DNA of 64,000 nucleotides from NCBI GenBank assembly GCA_964537935.1, contig CAZICT010000001.1:6870-70869 (forward strand), in the 5' to 3' direction. Within the stretch, counting starts at the first letter, position 1. Every line of letters starts with the position of its first letter. Source of the DNA: an uncultured Candidatus Saccharibacteria bacterium (lineage in GTDB: Bacteria > Patescibacteriota > Saccharimonadia > Saccharimonadales > CAZICT01). Below, piece by piece: positions 55,981-64,000 of the stretch. The notes under the pieces are model-generated. The model did no database searches and was not told the origin of the DNA. It saw only the letters and a program-made list of their open reading frames with translations. A program made the translations under genes and the position numbers.

Positions 55981-58522
55981 AGAAAATCAACACCTCTTCA
56001 TAAGCGCGTTTCTTCCAGGCCGATTGCCACTCAATGACCTCTATTCCCTGGTTAACCGATCGCTCGAATGCTGGTGTGATTTTCGGCTCAAAGAAGGCCT
56101 TAAAATCAGCTAAGAAATCCGAATCACTAAAGTTATTGGCGGCAAACATTGGAAAGCGATAAAAACTGAGGTCTGTTCCGAGATTCTCTGACAGCCATTC
56201 CCAGTGAGATTTCATCCATTGCCAAGTTTTATCTTTAGCGAAACGGTTCATGAAGCTATACGCTACCCAGTAGCTTACATCTTGCAACCGCACAGAATCG
56301 GATGTAATCAAGCTATGCGCCCGGTCAATCAATTCTGGTTGCTTAAAATGAGCAAGCGCAGCCGCAATGGTTGTGCGCTCCTCACTTAGTTTACTGGCTT
56401 CATGTATTGAAAATAGCTTGTCAAAGGTTTTATCATCACCGTAACGAACGGCTGTCTGATAGATTGCGCTCCTAAGATCGGGGTGGATATCTTGCGGGGT
56501 CTTCATTTTTTTAAACAGTCTCAGACATTCGTCGACTACCTCTTGATTGTCGGCCCCAGCGGCCAAGCTAATAATGGTAGGTCTAAGTAATTTATCAAAA
56601 TGCGATTCGTTATCTTTGGGCTTCCAACCCAGGCGCTCGTATTGTTTTTGCGTTAGTTTACGTACAAACGGCTTCATAGCATCGCGCAGATTTTCGTCGC
56701 CCATAACCTGTTTAATCGCTCCGATGCTGGAAGCAATGGTGTCCCAGACAGCGTTATTATCTTCATCGGAAAAAGTTTCTAAAAAATGTAGTGCATCGAC
56801 AGTGTCAGCTTTACCGGCCTTGGCGGTTTCAAACACATCACTCAGCAGACCAAGACGATCAAGCGGGTCCAGCCGCCCCTTGACGATTAGTTCTGAAATT
56901 CTTTCCAGGTGAGAGCTGTTGTAAGCTACCCTGTAAAATCCGCTTTGACCGCGATTGAGTTTGAATTCTATAGTTTCCGGCATCGAAAAGTTTAACCGGC
57001 TTTTTCGTAACAAGTCAGGTGTATGCTCGTTATGTGTCAACAAAGCAATAGGCCATAATTCGTCGTGGACTTCTTCGTGATCGGGGTTTAGATAAAATCT
57101 TGATTGCTTAATCTCTACATTGTTATCACTAACATTTGCGGTTAACAGTGGAAAGCCGCTTTGAGTCGTCCAGGCATGCATGAATTCTCGGACTGGTTTT
57201 TGGGAAATATCTTCCAGCGCCTTCCATAAGTCAACAGTATCGGTATTGCCGTATTTATGAGACGCAAGGTAGTGTCGAAGTCCGTCGCGGAAAGCGTCTT
57301 TACCTAAGTATTCGTGCAGCATGTGAATCACGCTTGCGCCCTTACTATAACTTATGGTGTCAAAAATAGTTCTGATTTCATCAGGATGGCGAACCGGAAC
57401 TTCAATCGGATGAGTATGTTTAAGCGCATCAAGCTTAAGTGCACGGTGCTGCTCGTCCACCGTAAACTGTGTCCACATTTGCCACTCTGGATAGATATGA
57501 TCGACGGCCAGGTATTCTATCCAGCTGGCAAAGCCTTCGTTAAGCCAAAGGTCAGTCCACCAGCGCATGGTAACTAAATTGCCAAACCATTGATGAGCCA
57601 GTTCGTGGGCAACAACCATAGCTACATACTGTTTATTCGATAGGGTAGAATTTGCCGGATCAACCAGCATGGCTTGTTCCCGGTAGGTTACCAGACCCCA
57701 GTTTTCCATAGCCCCAGAAGCGAAGTCCGGCAGAGCGACCATATCACATTTTTCCAGAGGATAATCTATGTCAAAATATTCGTTATAAAACTCCAGGCAC
57801 TTAACGGCGGTATCAAGTGCAAATTCCGTAAAATCAACTTTATCGGGCGTCGCGTATGTTCGTACCAGAATGCCATGTTTTGTTGTTGCCTCCCTGTATT
57901 CCAGGTTGCCATAAACAAAAGCCAGCAAGTAAGTGCTCATAAGAGGTGTAGTCTCGAACGTGGTAGCCATTAAGCCGTCAGATGTTTGCTGGTGTTTGAT
58001 AGGCGTGTTTGCAAGTACGGTTTCGTCTTCTGGAGTGTATAACGTCAGATCAAACGTCGCCTTTGCTTCCGGCTCATCAATACAAGGAAAAACTTCCCGG
58101 GCATGGTGGCTTTCAAATTGAGTAGCGATAATCTGCTGTTGCTCACCATCATGTTCAAAGAAGCAAGGATAAATGCCATTCATTTGTTTGGTAATCTTAC
58201 CTTTGAATGACATCTCTATAGTATATTCTCCCGGATACAGCGTTGCATCTGAATGCAATCGCACCTCATCGAATTTACGATGATGGTTTATCCGCGAAAC
58301 AGTTACTTCTTCGCTACCTTTGTTTGTGTGTTTAGTTATTTTTGCACCAGTAACGGTAAGTCCGTTTTGATGAAACGTCAGTCGCTGGTTGGGGCGGTAA
58401 TGTTTTTTACCTTTAACAACCACAGAGCCGGTAAAGCTTTGGCTTTGCCTATCGGGTCTCAGTTCAAGAGTATACTGGCTGGGGATAAATTCATTAAATA
58501 GGCGCTTAACATCTCTCTTCAT
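55958..58522 (-). CDS. pepN: M1 family aminopeptidase N
   Basis: 854 aa with the GAMEN exopeptidase motif and the zinc site HELAHQWFGNLVT...WLNEG. Confidence 0.92.
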   Translation of the reverse strand: MKRDVKRLFNEFIPSQYTLELRPDRQSQSFTGSVVVKGKKHYRPNQRLTFHQNGLTVTGAKITKHTNKGSEEVTVSRINHHRKFDEVRLHSDATLYPGEYTIEMSFKGKITKQMNGIYPCFFEHDGEQQQIIATQFESHHAREVFPCIDEPEAKATFDLTLYTPEDETVLANTPIKHQQTSDGLMATTFETTPLMSTYLLAFVYGNLEYREATTKHGILVRTYATPDKVDFTEFALDTAVKCLEFYNEYFDIDYPLEKCDMVALPDFASGAMENWGLVTYREQAMLVDPANSTLSNKQYVAMVVAHELAHQWFGNLVTMRWWTDLWLNEGFASWIEYLAVDHIYPEWQMWTQFTVDEQHRALKLDALKHTHPIEVPVRHPDEIRTIFDTISYSKGASVIHMLHEYLGKDAFRDGLRHYLASHKYGNTDTVDLWKALEDISQKPVREFMHAWTTQSGFPLLTANVSDNNVEIKQSRFYLNPDHEEVHDELWPIALLTHNEHTPDLLRKSRLNFSMPETIEFKLNRGQSGFYRVAYNSSHLERISELIVKGRLDPLDRLGLLSDVFETAKAGKADTVDALHFLETFSDEDNNAVWDTIASSIGAIKQVMGDENLRDAMKPFVRKLTQKQYERLGWKPKDNESHFDKLLRPTIISLAAGADNQEVVDECLRLFKKMKTPQDIHPDLRSAIYQTAVRYGDDKTFDKLFSIHEASKLSEERTTIAAALAHFKQPELIDRAHSLITSDSVRLQDVSYWVAYSFMNRFAKDKTWQWMKSHWEWLSENLGTDLSFYRFPMFAANNFSDSDFLADFKAFFEPKITPAFERSVNQGIEVIEWQSAWKKRAYEEVLIFFKDRSGQ

Positions 58523-58566
58523 TCAAGCCATTTTAGCATGTAAACAAGGTGAAATCAGTTGTAAGA

Positions 58567-58595
58567 TTGACTAAAGACAACGATTGCCATACAAT
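58567..58595 (+). promoter_or_regulatory. sigma70-type promoter TTGACT-17-TACAAT upstream of nusA
   Basis: The -35 element ttgact is at 58567-58572 and the -10 element tacaat at 58590-58595, with an exact 17-nt spacer. Confidence 0.55.
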
Positions 58596-58607
58596 TGAAT
58601 TTGTACT

Positions 58608-58632
58608 AGTCGGCCTTCTGGTCGACTTTTTT
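58608..58632 (+). terminator. intrinsic terminator-like hairpin inside the nusA 5' leader (attenuator candidate)
   Basis: The stem AGTCGGCC / GGTCGACT is 8 bp including one G-U with loop TTCT, followed by TTTTTT. It lies between the promoter and the nusA Shine-Dalgarno. Confidence 0.6.
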
Positions 58633-58660
58633 CATGAGGTTTTTAGGAAAGGAACAAACC

Positions 58661-59824
58661 ATGGATCTAGATATTAAACAATTAGCATTGGCTGTTCGGA
58701 GCATCGCCGAAGAAAAAAATCTGCCTGAAGACATAGTCCAGGAAGCGGTTGAGCAAGCATTAGCGGCTGCTTATCGCCGAGATTTTGGCGATCGCGAACA
58801 AGAAGTGCGAGTTCAGATGAATATTAACACTGGTGATGTTGACGCATATGTGACTAAAGAAGTTGTAGACAGTGTTGACGATGAGCGCACACAGATAAGC
58901 CTTAAAGATGCTCAAGTAATGAAAAAGAACGCGGCTGTCGGCGATCAAATCGAAATACATCATAAAGTCGAGAACTTCGGCCGTGTGGCGGCACAAACCG
59001 CAAAACAGGTAATCCTGCAGCGTCTTCGCGAGGCAGAGCGCGAAATAATACTTGAAGAGTACGAAGACAAAATTGGCACTGTGATTAACGGAATCGTATC
59101 AAGGGTTGAAGGGCGGATTGTGCGCGTTGATTTAGGCAAAGCACAAGGCATAATGCCGGCAAGTGAGCAGATTCAAGGAGAGCGCTATTACCCAGGCCAG
59201 CGTCTCAAAGTATTCTTAAAAGATGTTGAGCGAGGTTTCCGCGGACCACAGCTGGTTGTGTCACGCGGTAATACAGCGTTCGTTGAGTGGTTATTCAGAG
59301 CTGAAGTACCGGAAATGGAAAACGGTGCCGTGGAAATAAAAGGAATTGCCCGCGAAGCAGGTATACGTACCAAGCTGGCTGTCAGTAGCACGGTTCAAGG
59401 CGTTGACCCCGTCGGTACATTCGTAGGCGGTCACGGCACTCGTGTAAACGCCGTTATGAGTGAGATCGGTGAACAGGAAAAGATAGACATTGTCGTATAC
59501 GATGACGACCTTAAGACATATATAGTCAACGCGCTCAGTCCGACGCAGGTCAGCCGAGTCGAAATTGATGAAAAGAATCATAAGGCCAAAGTGTTTGTAC
59601 CTGAAGATCAGCTAAGTATTGCTATAGGTAAAAGCGGTCAGAATGTTCGCTTGGCGAGTAAACTTACCGGCTATGACATTGATATCACACCGGACCAGCC
59701 AGAAGCAGCAAAAGACGAACCCAAAGAGGCGGTTCCTGAGCAAAAACCTACAGTACAAAAATTGAAAAAGAAGGAACAACTAGAGAGCAGCCTGCTTGAA
59801 GCTATCGAAGAACACGGAGAGTAA
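58661..59824 (+). CDS. nusA: transcription termination/antitermination factor NusA
   Basis: S1 and KH domains are present (GIMPASEQI.GE.Y, IAIGKSGQNVRLAS). The ATG at 58661 follows the AGGAAAGGA Shine-Dalgarno. The track start at 58634 abuts the terminator T-tract. Confidence 0.9.
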   Translation: MDLDIKQLALAVRSIAEEKNLPEDIVQEAVEQALAAAYRRDFGDREQEVRVQMNINTGDVDAYVTKEVVDSVDDERTQISLKDAQVMKKNAAVGDQIEIHHKVENFGRVAAQTAKQVILQRLREAEREIILEEYEDKIGTVINGIVSRVEGRIVRVDLGKAQGIMPASEQIQGERYYPGQRLKVFLKDVERGFRGPQLVVSRGNTAFVEWLFRAEVPEMENGAVEIKGIAREAGIRTKLAVSSTVQGVDPVGTFVGGHGTRVNAVMSEIGEQEKIDIVVYDDDLKTYIVNALSPTQVSRVEIDEKNHKAKVFVPEDQLSIAIGKSGQNVRLASKLTGYDIDITPDQPEAAKDEPKEAVPEQKPTVQKLKKKEQLESSLLEAIEEHGE

Positions 59825-59857
59825 CAAACATAACTTTTACCATAAAAAATATTACAG

Positions 59858-59884
59858 TTAGCACTCTTGACGTGAGAGTGCTAA
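59858..59884 (+). promoter_or_regulatory. CIRCE operator (HrcA binding site), perfect match TTAGCACTC-N9-GAGTGCTAA
   Basis: The sequence ttagcactc ttgacgtga gagtgctaa matches the consensus exactly. It overlaps the putative promoter TTGACG (59867-72)-16-TATCAT (59889-94) upstream of clpC. Confidence 0.85.
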
Positions 59885-59946
59885 CTGCTATCATATATGT
59901 AGCGGTTGAAAATTAATGCAACCGTTGAAGGGTAGGAAATATATTT

Positions 59947-62433
59947 ATGATGCCAAACTCTCCTGATTTTCAAGAATTTTTGAATCATTTGACTGATAAC
60001 GCCTTGCAAAGCTTGAAGCATGCCGACGCGATTGCTCGCAGTTTCGGCAGTGCTTATGTAGGTACCGAGCACCTTCTGTTAGGTGTTTTAGCACAAGATT
60101 CAAGTATGGGCTCAAAGATTTTGGAAGGAGCGGGCGTAACTCTTGATCGCGCACGTTTAGCGCTTAATCTTACGCCTAAAACGCTTGTTATTAATCTAGG
60201 TGCCAAGGGCTTAAGCGAAACAGCTAAATTAACGCTCAAGATGGCTTATGATATTGCCCAGGATTTTGGGCAAGAATACTGTGGCACCGAACATATTCTA
60301 TATAGCATATTGAGCCAAAAGAACGCACGGGCCACGGTGCTGTTGCGTGATATGAGCGTTAATGTTGATTCTCTGGTGAGTGAACTAGAACAATTCTTAA
60401 ATCGTCAACAATACGAAGAAGAGGGCAGCGGTGATAGCAGCACCTCGTCGCGCCGTAAGAACAAAAAACAGCGTAAAACAGCGCTTGATTTCTTTGGTAC
60501 GGATCTGACAGCTCAGGCCCGTCAAGGTAAGCTTGATCCGGTAGTCGGACGAGATAATCAGATACGGCGTGTAATAACCATACTTAATCGCCGGACTAAA
60601 AATAATCCGGTTCTTATTGGCGAGCCTGGGGTAGGTAAGACTGCTATCGTCGAAGGTTTGGCCCAGCGCATAATAGCTGAGGATGTGCCAGACAGCCTGC
60701 TTGATAAGCGGATAATGATGCTCGACCTGGCTGGAATGATTGCCGGTACGAAGTACCGCGGTGAATTCGAAGAACGGCTTAAGAAAGTCATGGGTGAGCT
60801 TGAGAATGACAATAAAACCATCGTCTTTATTGATGAGCTTCATTTGATTGTCGGAGCCGGCGCAGCCGAGGGGGCTATGGACGCTGGAAATATCCTGAAA
60901 CCGGCGTTGGCCCGCGGCAAGATACAAGTTATCGGCGCTACTACGACCAATGAATACACCAAGCATATAGAAAAAGATGCCGCACTTGAGCGTCGCTTCC
61001 AGCCGATACAGGTCCCCGAAACAACTCCTGCCGAAACGCTGGCCATACTTAAGGGGTTGAGAAAGCATTACGAACAATTCCATGGTGTTAAAGTCAGTGA
61101 TGAGGTCTTGGAAGACACCGTCGCACTTGCTAAACGTTATATAAATGATCGGTTCATGCCAGACAAAGCAATAGATCTACTTGATGAAACTGCCGCTCAC
61201 TTAAGGGTTGATAAAGGAAAAACTCCGCCAGAAGTTCGTAAGCTGCAGAAAGAACTAAAGCTAGTCAACACTCGTATAGACGATGCTGTCGACAGCGAAG
61301 ATTACGAGAAAGCAGCCCAGTACAAACAACGTGCCAGTCAAATTAATGAAGAATTGAAAAAACTACAGTCCTCAGGCAAGGCCGTTAATAAGCTGCTTAT
61401 GGACAGTGAAGATATTGCCGAAGTCGTTGCCCGCATTACGGGTATTCCGGTCAAAAAAGTAATCCGGGCCGAAGCCAAATATCTACTTAATCTGGAAAAG
61501 ACACTAAGTAAATATGTGATCGGCCAAAATGAAGCCGTCGAAGCGGTAGCTAAGGCAATTCGCCGTAACCGTGTAGGTATCGGTAGCGGCAGACGGCCTA
61601 TCGGATCATTCATATTTTTAGGTCCTACCGGAGTCGGAAAAACCGAACTGGCCCGCGTTTTGGCGCGTGAATTTTTCGGCTCAGAGGATTCGCTGGTTAA
61701 AATCGATATGTCGGAGTTCAGTGAACGCCATACCGCAGCCCGTCTTGTCGGTGCACCTGCCGGCTATGTCGGCTATGATGAAGGCGGTCAGTTAACGGAT
61801 AAGATTCGCCGCCAGCCATATAGCTTGGTTCTGTTTGACGAAATCGAGAAAGCTCACCCTGAAGTATTTAATATGTTGCTACAAATACTTGAAGACGGGG
61901 TTTTGACTGATGCGAAAGGTCGGAAGATTGACTTTACCAACACTATAATCATCATGACCAGCAATATCGGTGCCGAAAAACTGCAAAAAGAAGCTAGCCT
62001 GGGCTTCCATGCTCATGGTGCGGCAGACCTGAAGGACCTAGACGTTCTTCATAAGCAAAATAAAGACAAGGTCTTAGACGAGCTGAAAAAGATGATGCGG
62101 CCAGAGCTACTTAACCGGATCGATAAAATGATTGTCTTCAGGGCCTTAACAAAAAGAGATGTCATTAAGATACTTGATCTGCAGATTGATGAGCTTCGCC
62201 AGCGATTGGTTAAGCAGGGAATTGGCCTGCAGGTGACAAGTGCCGCTAAGCAATACATGCTTGATAACGGCTATGATTCACTCAATGGCGTACGGCCAAT
62301 GCGGCGGCTAATTCAGGATACGCTTGAAGACCATATTGCGATGCAGTTGCTTGATGACAAGTATCAAAAGGGAGACGTTATCCAGGTTGGCTCTAAAAAG
62401 AAAGAGTTGGCCTACTCCGTGTCAGCTGAATAG
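59947..62433 (+). CDS. clpC: ATP-dependent Clp protease ATP-binding subunit ClpC
   Basis: 828 aa. It has two Clp_N repeats and two AAA+ modules ([16 protein letters not shown]). It also has a short UVR-like middle domain ([20 protein letters not shown]) and an LGF ClpP-docking tripeptide. Confidence 0.9.
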   Translation: MMPNSPDFQEFLNHLTDNALQSLKHADAIARSFGSAYVGTEHLLLGVLAQDSSMGSKILEGAGVTLDRARLALNLTPKTLVINLGAKGLSETAKLTLKMAYDIAQDFGQEYCGTEHILYSILSQKNARATVLLRDMSVNVDSLVSELEQFLNRQQYEEEGSGDSSTSSRRKNKKQRKTALDFFGTDLTAQARQGKLDPVVGRDNQIRRVITILNRRTKNNPVLIGEPGVGKTAIVEGLAQRIIAEDVPDSLLDKRIMMLDLAGMIAGTKYRGEFEERLKKVMGELENDNKTIVFIDELHLIVGAGAAEGAMDAGNILKPALARGKIQVIGATTTNEYTKHIEKDAALERRFQPIQVPETTPAETLAILKGLRKHYEQFHGVKVSDEVLEDTVALAKRYINDRFMPDKAIDLLDETAAHLRVDKGKTPPEVRKLQKELKLVNTRIDDAVDSEDYEKAAQYKQRASQINEELKKLQSSGKAVNKLLMDSEDIAEVVARITGIPVKKVIRAEAKYLLNLEKTLSKYVIGQNEAVEAVAKAIRRNRVGIGSGRRPIGSFIFLGPTGVGKTELARVLAREFFGSEDSLVKIDMSEFSERHTAARLVGAPAGYVGYDEGGQLTDKIRRQPYSLVLFDEIEKAHPEVFNMLLQILEDGVLTDAKGRKIDFTNTIIIMTSNIGAEKLQKEASLGFHAHGAADLKDLDVLHKQNKDKVLDELKKMMRPELLNRIDKMIVFRALTKRDVIKILDLQIDELRQRLVKQGIGLQVTSAAKQYMLDNGYDSLNGVRPMRRLIQDTLEDHIAMQLLDDKYQKGDVIQVGSKKKELAYSVSAE

Positions 62434-62442
62434 TGGTAAACT
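62434..62442 (+). promoter_or_regulatory. extended -10-like element TGgTAAACT, 7 nt before the ATG at 62450
   Basis: The sequence tggtaaact-attataa-ATG has no Shine-Dalgarno. Confidence 0.3.
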
Positions 62443-62449
62443 ATTATAA

Positions 62450-63424
62450 ATGCAGACATTGAAGAGAGGGATTCTGGTTGGTTTGCTGATTAGTCTTTTT
62501 AGTCTGCCGTTTGTCGCATTTTGGCAACGGCAGGCTTTGTTTGACTACTTCCGTTTGCGTAACTACTCTCCCGGTCCGGAGATTGTTGCACTGGCCGATG
62601 CGACTACCATGAATGAAAAGGCTCGACGGCTTTTCTATGTTTATCACCCGGAGTTACAAGACCAAAAGAGCTTCAATCAGAACTGTAAAAGCAGTGAACA
62701 CAGCATTGTTTTAGGGTGTTATGTCGAAGGCACAGGAATATACATATATGATGTCGAAGATCCTCGGTTGAAGGGAATTGAGGAGGTAACGGCTGCTCAT
62801 GAAATGCTCCACGCAGCGTATGAAAGATTAAGCGGCAGCGAACGCAAGCGAATTGACGAACTTACTCATTCAACCTTTGAGCTGCTAGACAACCCACGGG
62901 TGAGAAAGGCAATTACTTCATACCAAAAAAATAACCCCGAGGTCGTGCCAAACGAATTGCATTCTATCATTGGCACCGAAGTTAGAGACATCCCAGAAGA
63001 GCTTGAAGAGTATTACGCACGCTACTTTGATAACAGAAAAAACATAGTCGCACTTTCCGAACAGTACGAAAAAGCCTTTACTGAAAGGCAAAACAAAATA
63101 GAAGCTTACGATCGACAGCTCGCGGATATAAGAATGGAAATTGAATCCAGCGAAGATACACTCAATCAGCTTCAGGCCAGGCTTACATCTGAAAAAGCAC
63201 GCCTTGATAGATTACTTAACAGTGGCCAGGCCAGTGAATATAATGCAGCTGTTCCAAGTTATAACGAAACAGTAGGCAGCTACAACAGTTTAGCGGATCG
63301 AATTAAGGGACTAATTGATAAATACAACCGTATCGTAAGCGACCGTAATGAACTAGTGTTAGAAGAGCAGGAGCTGGTGGACGCTATAGATAGTCGTCCG
63401 ACAACTATCAAAACCGAGGAGTAA
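62450..63424 (+). CDS. membrane-anchored hypothetical protein with HExxH motif and C-terminal coiled coil
   Basis: 324 aa with an N-terminal TM helix, the AAHEMLHAAYE motif (HExxH), and a long heptad-like helical C-terminal half. Confidence 0.55.
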   Translation: MQTLKRGILVGLLISLFSLPFVAFWQRQALFDYFRLRNYSPGPEIVALADATTMNEKARRLFYVYHPELQDQKSFNQNCKSSEHSIVLGCYVEGTGIYIYDVEDPRLKGIEEVTAAHEMLHAAYERLSGSERKRIDELTHSTFELLDNPRVRKAITSYQKNNPEVVPNELHSIIGTEVRDIPEELEEYYARYFDNRKNIVALSEQYEKAFTERQNKIEAYDRQLADIRMEIESSEDTLNQLQARLTSEKARLDRLLNSGQASEYNAAVPSYNETVGSYNSLADRIKGLIDKYNRIVSDRNELVLEEQELVDAIDSRPTTIKTEE

Positions 63425-63431
63425 ATATCAT

Positions 63432-64000
63432 ATGGCGAAGAAAAATGCAGTCAACTACGTATGCAATAACTGCGGCGCAATCAGCGCGACATGGAGTGGG
63501 CGTTGTTATGCTTGTGGCGAATGGAGTACGCTTGAAGAGCAGATTACGGCAAGCGAAATTGCCGAAGTTACTTCTTCCGGCAAAGAACTAAAGCCAATCA
63601 GTGTAACCAAGTCATTATCGACAGACGCTAAGCGGATACTGACGGGTAATCAAGAAGTTGATACCGTGCTTGGCGGTGGCGTGGTTGCCGGAAGTGTAAC
63701 TCTGATTGCCGGACAGCCGGGTATTGGAAAAAGCACACTTCTACTCCAGATCGCGCACCAAACTGCAAAAAATCAAAAAGTACTGTATATAAGCGGCGAA
63801 GAATCGAGTCACCAGATCGGTATGAGGGCCAAACGACTTGATGCCAATCGGGCTAGACTGCAGCTGGCTACCAGCACCTCGACAGATGACATTGCAGCTA
63901 CAATCGCTAAGTCGTCTTATGATCTTGTGATCGTAGATTCTATCCAGACCATGACCTGTTCATCTATCAGCTCGGCGGCTGGCACGGTCAGCCAGATAAC
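63432..64000 (+). CDS. radA: DNA repair protein RadA/Sms, N-terminal part, runs off the window
   Basis: Hand translation gives MAKKNAVNYVCNNCGAISATWSGRCYACGEWSTLEEQ (zinc finger). This is followed by G..V.L.AGQPGIGKSTLLLQ (Walker A). Confidence 0.9.
   Translation, partial: MAKKNAVNYVCNNCGAISATWSGRCYACGEWSTLEEQITASEIAEVTSSGKELKPISVTKSLSTDAKRILTGNQEVDTVLGGGVVAGSVTLIAGQPGIGKSTLLLQIAHQTAKNQKVLYISGEESSHQIGMRAKRLDANRARLQLATSTSTDDIAATIAKSSYDLVIVDSIQTMTCSSISSAAGTVSQI

Noticed and set aside
1-64000. CRISPR arrays, transposases, integrases, prophage or defence-island content
   Set aside because: I found no regularly spaced direct repeats and no recombinase, transposase or phage-like translations in the ORF track. 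The only repeat structures are the 15-bp inverted repeat at 19963/20536 and a 21-bp tandem duplication at 12565.

Overview
This is a dense, mostly housekeeping stretch of a small, moderately AT-rich bacterial chromosome. The gene content suggests a Patescibacteria/CPR (Saccharibacteria-like) genome: split transketolase, one compact sugar-phosphate operon, gatCAB, a lone type IV pilus/T2SS ATPase, many short membrane or secreted hypotheticals, and almost no biosynthesis. That taxonomic call is inference only. I support about 70 CDS. They include tgt-queA-rarA, pcm, a PBP5-type carboxypeptidase, mpg, a PAP2 phosphatase, a ZIP transporter, rmuC, pheST and an MsbA-like ABC transporter. Also present are a Nudix hydrolase, FKBP, NrdH-like/trxB, MarR, and a cytochrome b5-like plus FNR-like pair. 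The sugar-phosphate block is glpQ, ppa-gap-rpiB-rpe-tktN-(DMT)-tktC-fba-pfkB. The remainder covers uvrB, gatC-gatA-(small membrane gene)-gatB-galU, dnaE, a TrmH-family methyltransferase, pilB/gspE, malic enzyme, rplS-rnhB-yraN, pepN, nusA and clpC-(HExxH protein)-radA. I saw no transposase, integrase, CRISPR array or recognisable defence genes. The outstanding anomaly is the 786-bp protein-free gap between pheT and the ABC transporter (19848-20633). It holds a tRNA whose hand-folded anticodon is AUC, followed directly by a ~400-nt GC-rich, helix-dense segment I cannot assign to any RNA family. The whole unit is bracketed by a perfect 15-bp inverted repeat. Other notable non-coding signals are a perfect CIRCE operator over the clpC promoter and an intrinsic terminator inside the nusA leader. 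There is also a promoter/tiny hydrophobic ORF/terminator unit at 7.4-7.6 kb and a structured 338-bp intergenic region with mutually exclusive hairpins at 6.3-6.5 kb. Finally, a -10-like motif, usually with an upstream TG, recurs 6-9 nt before start codons that lack a Shine-Dalgarno, suggesting leaderless mRNAs. All functional calls come from reading the translations and motifs by eye; no searches were run.
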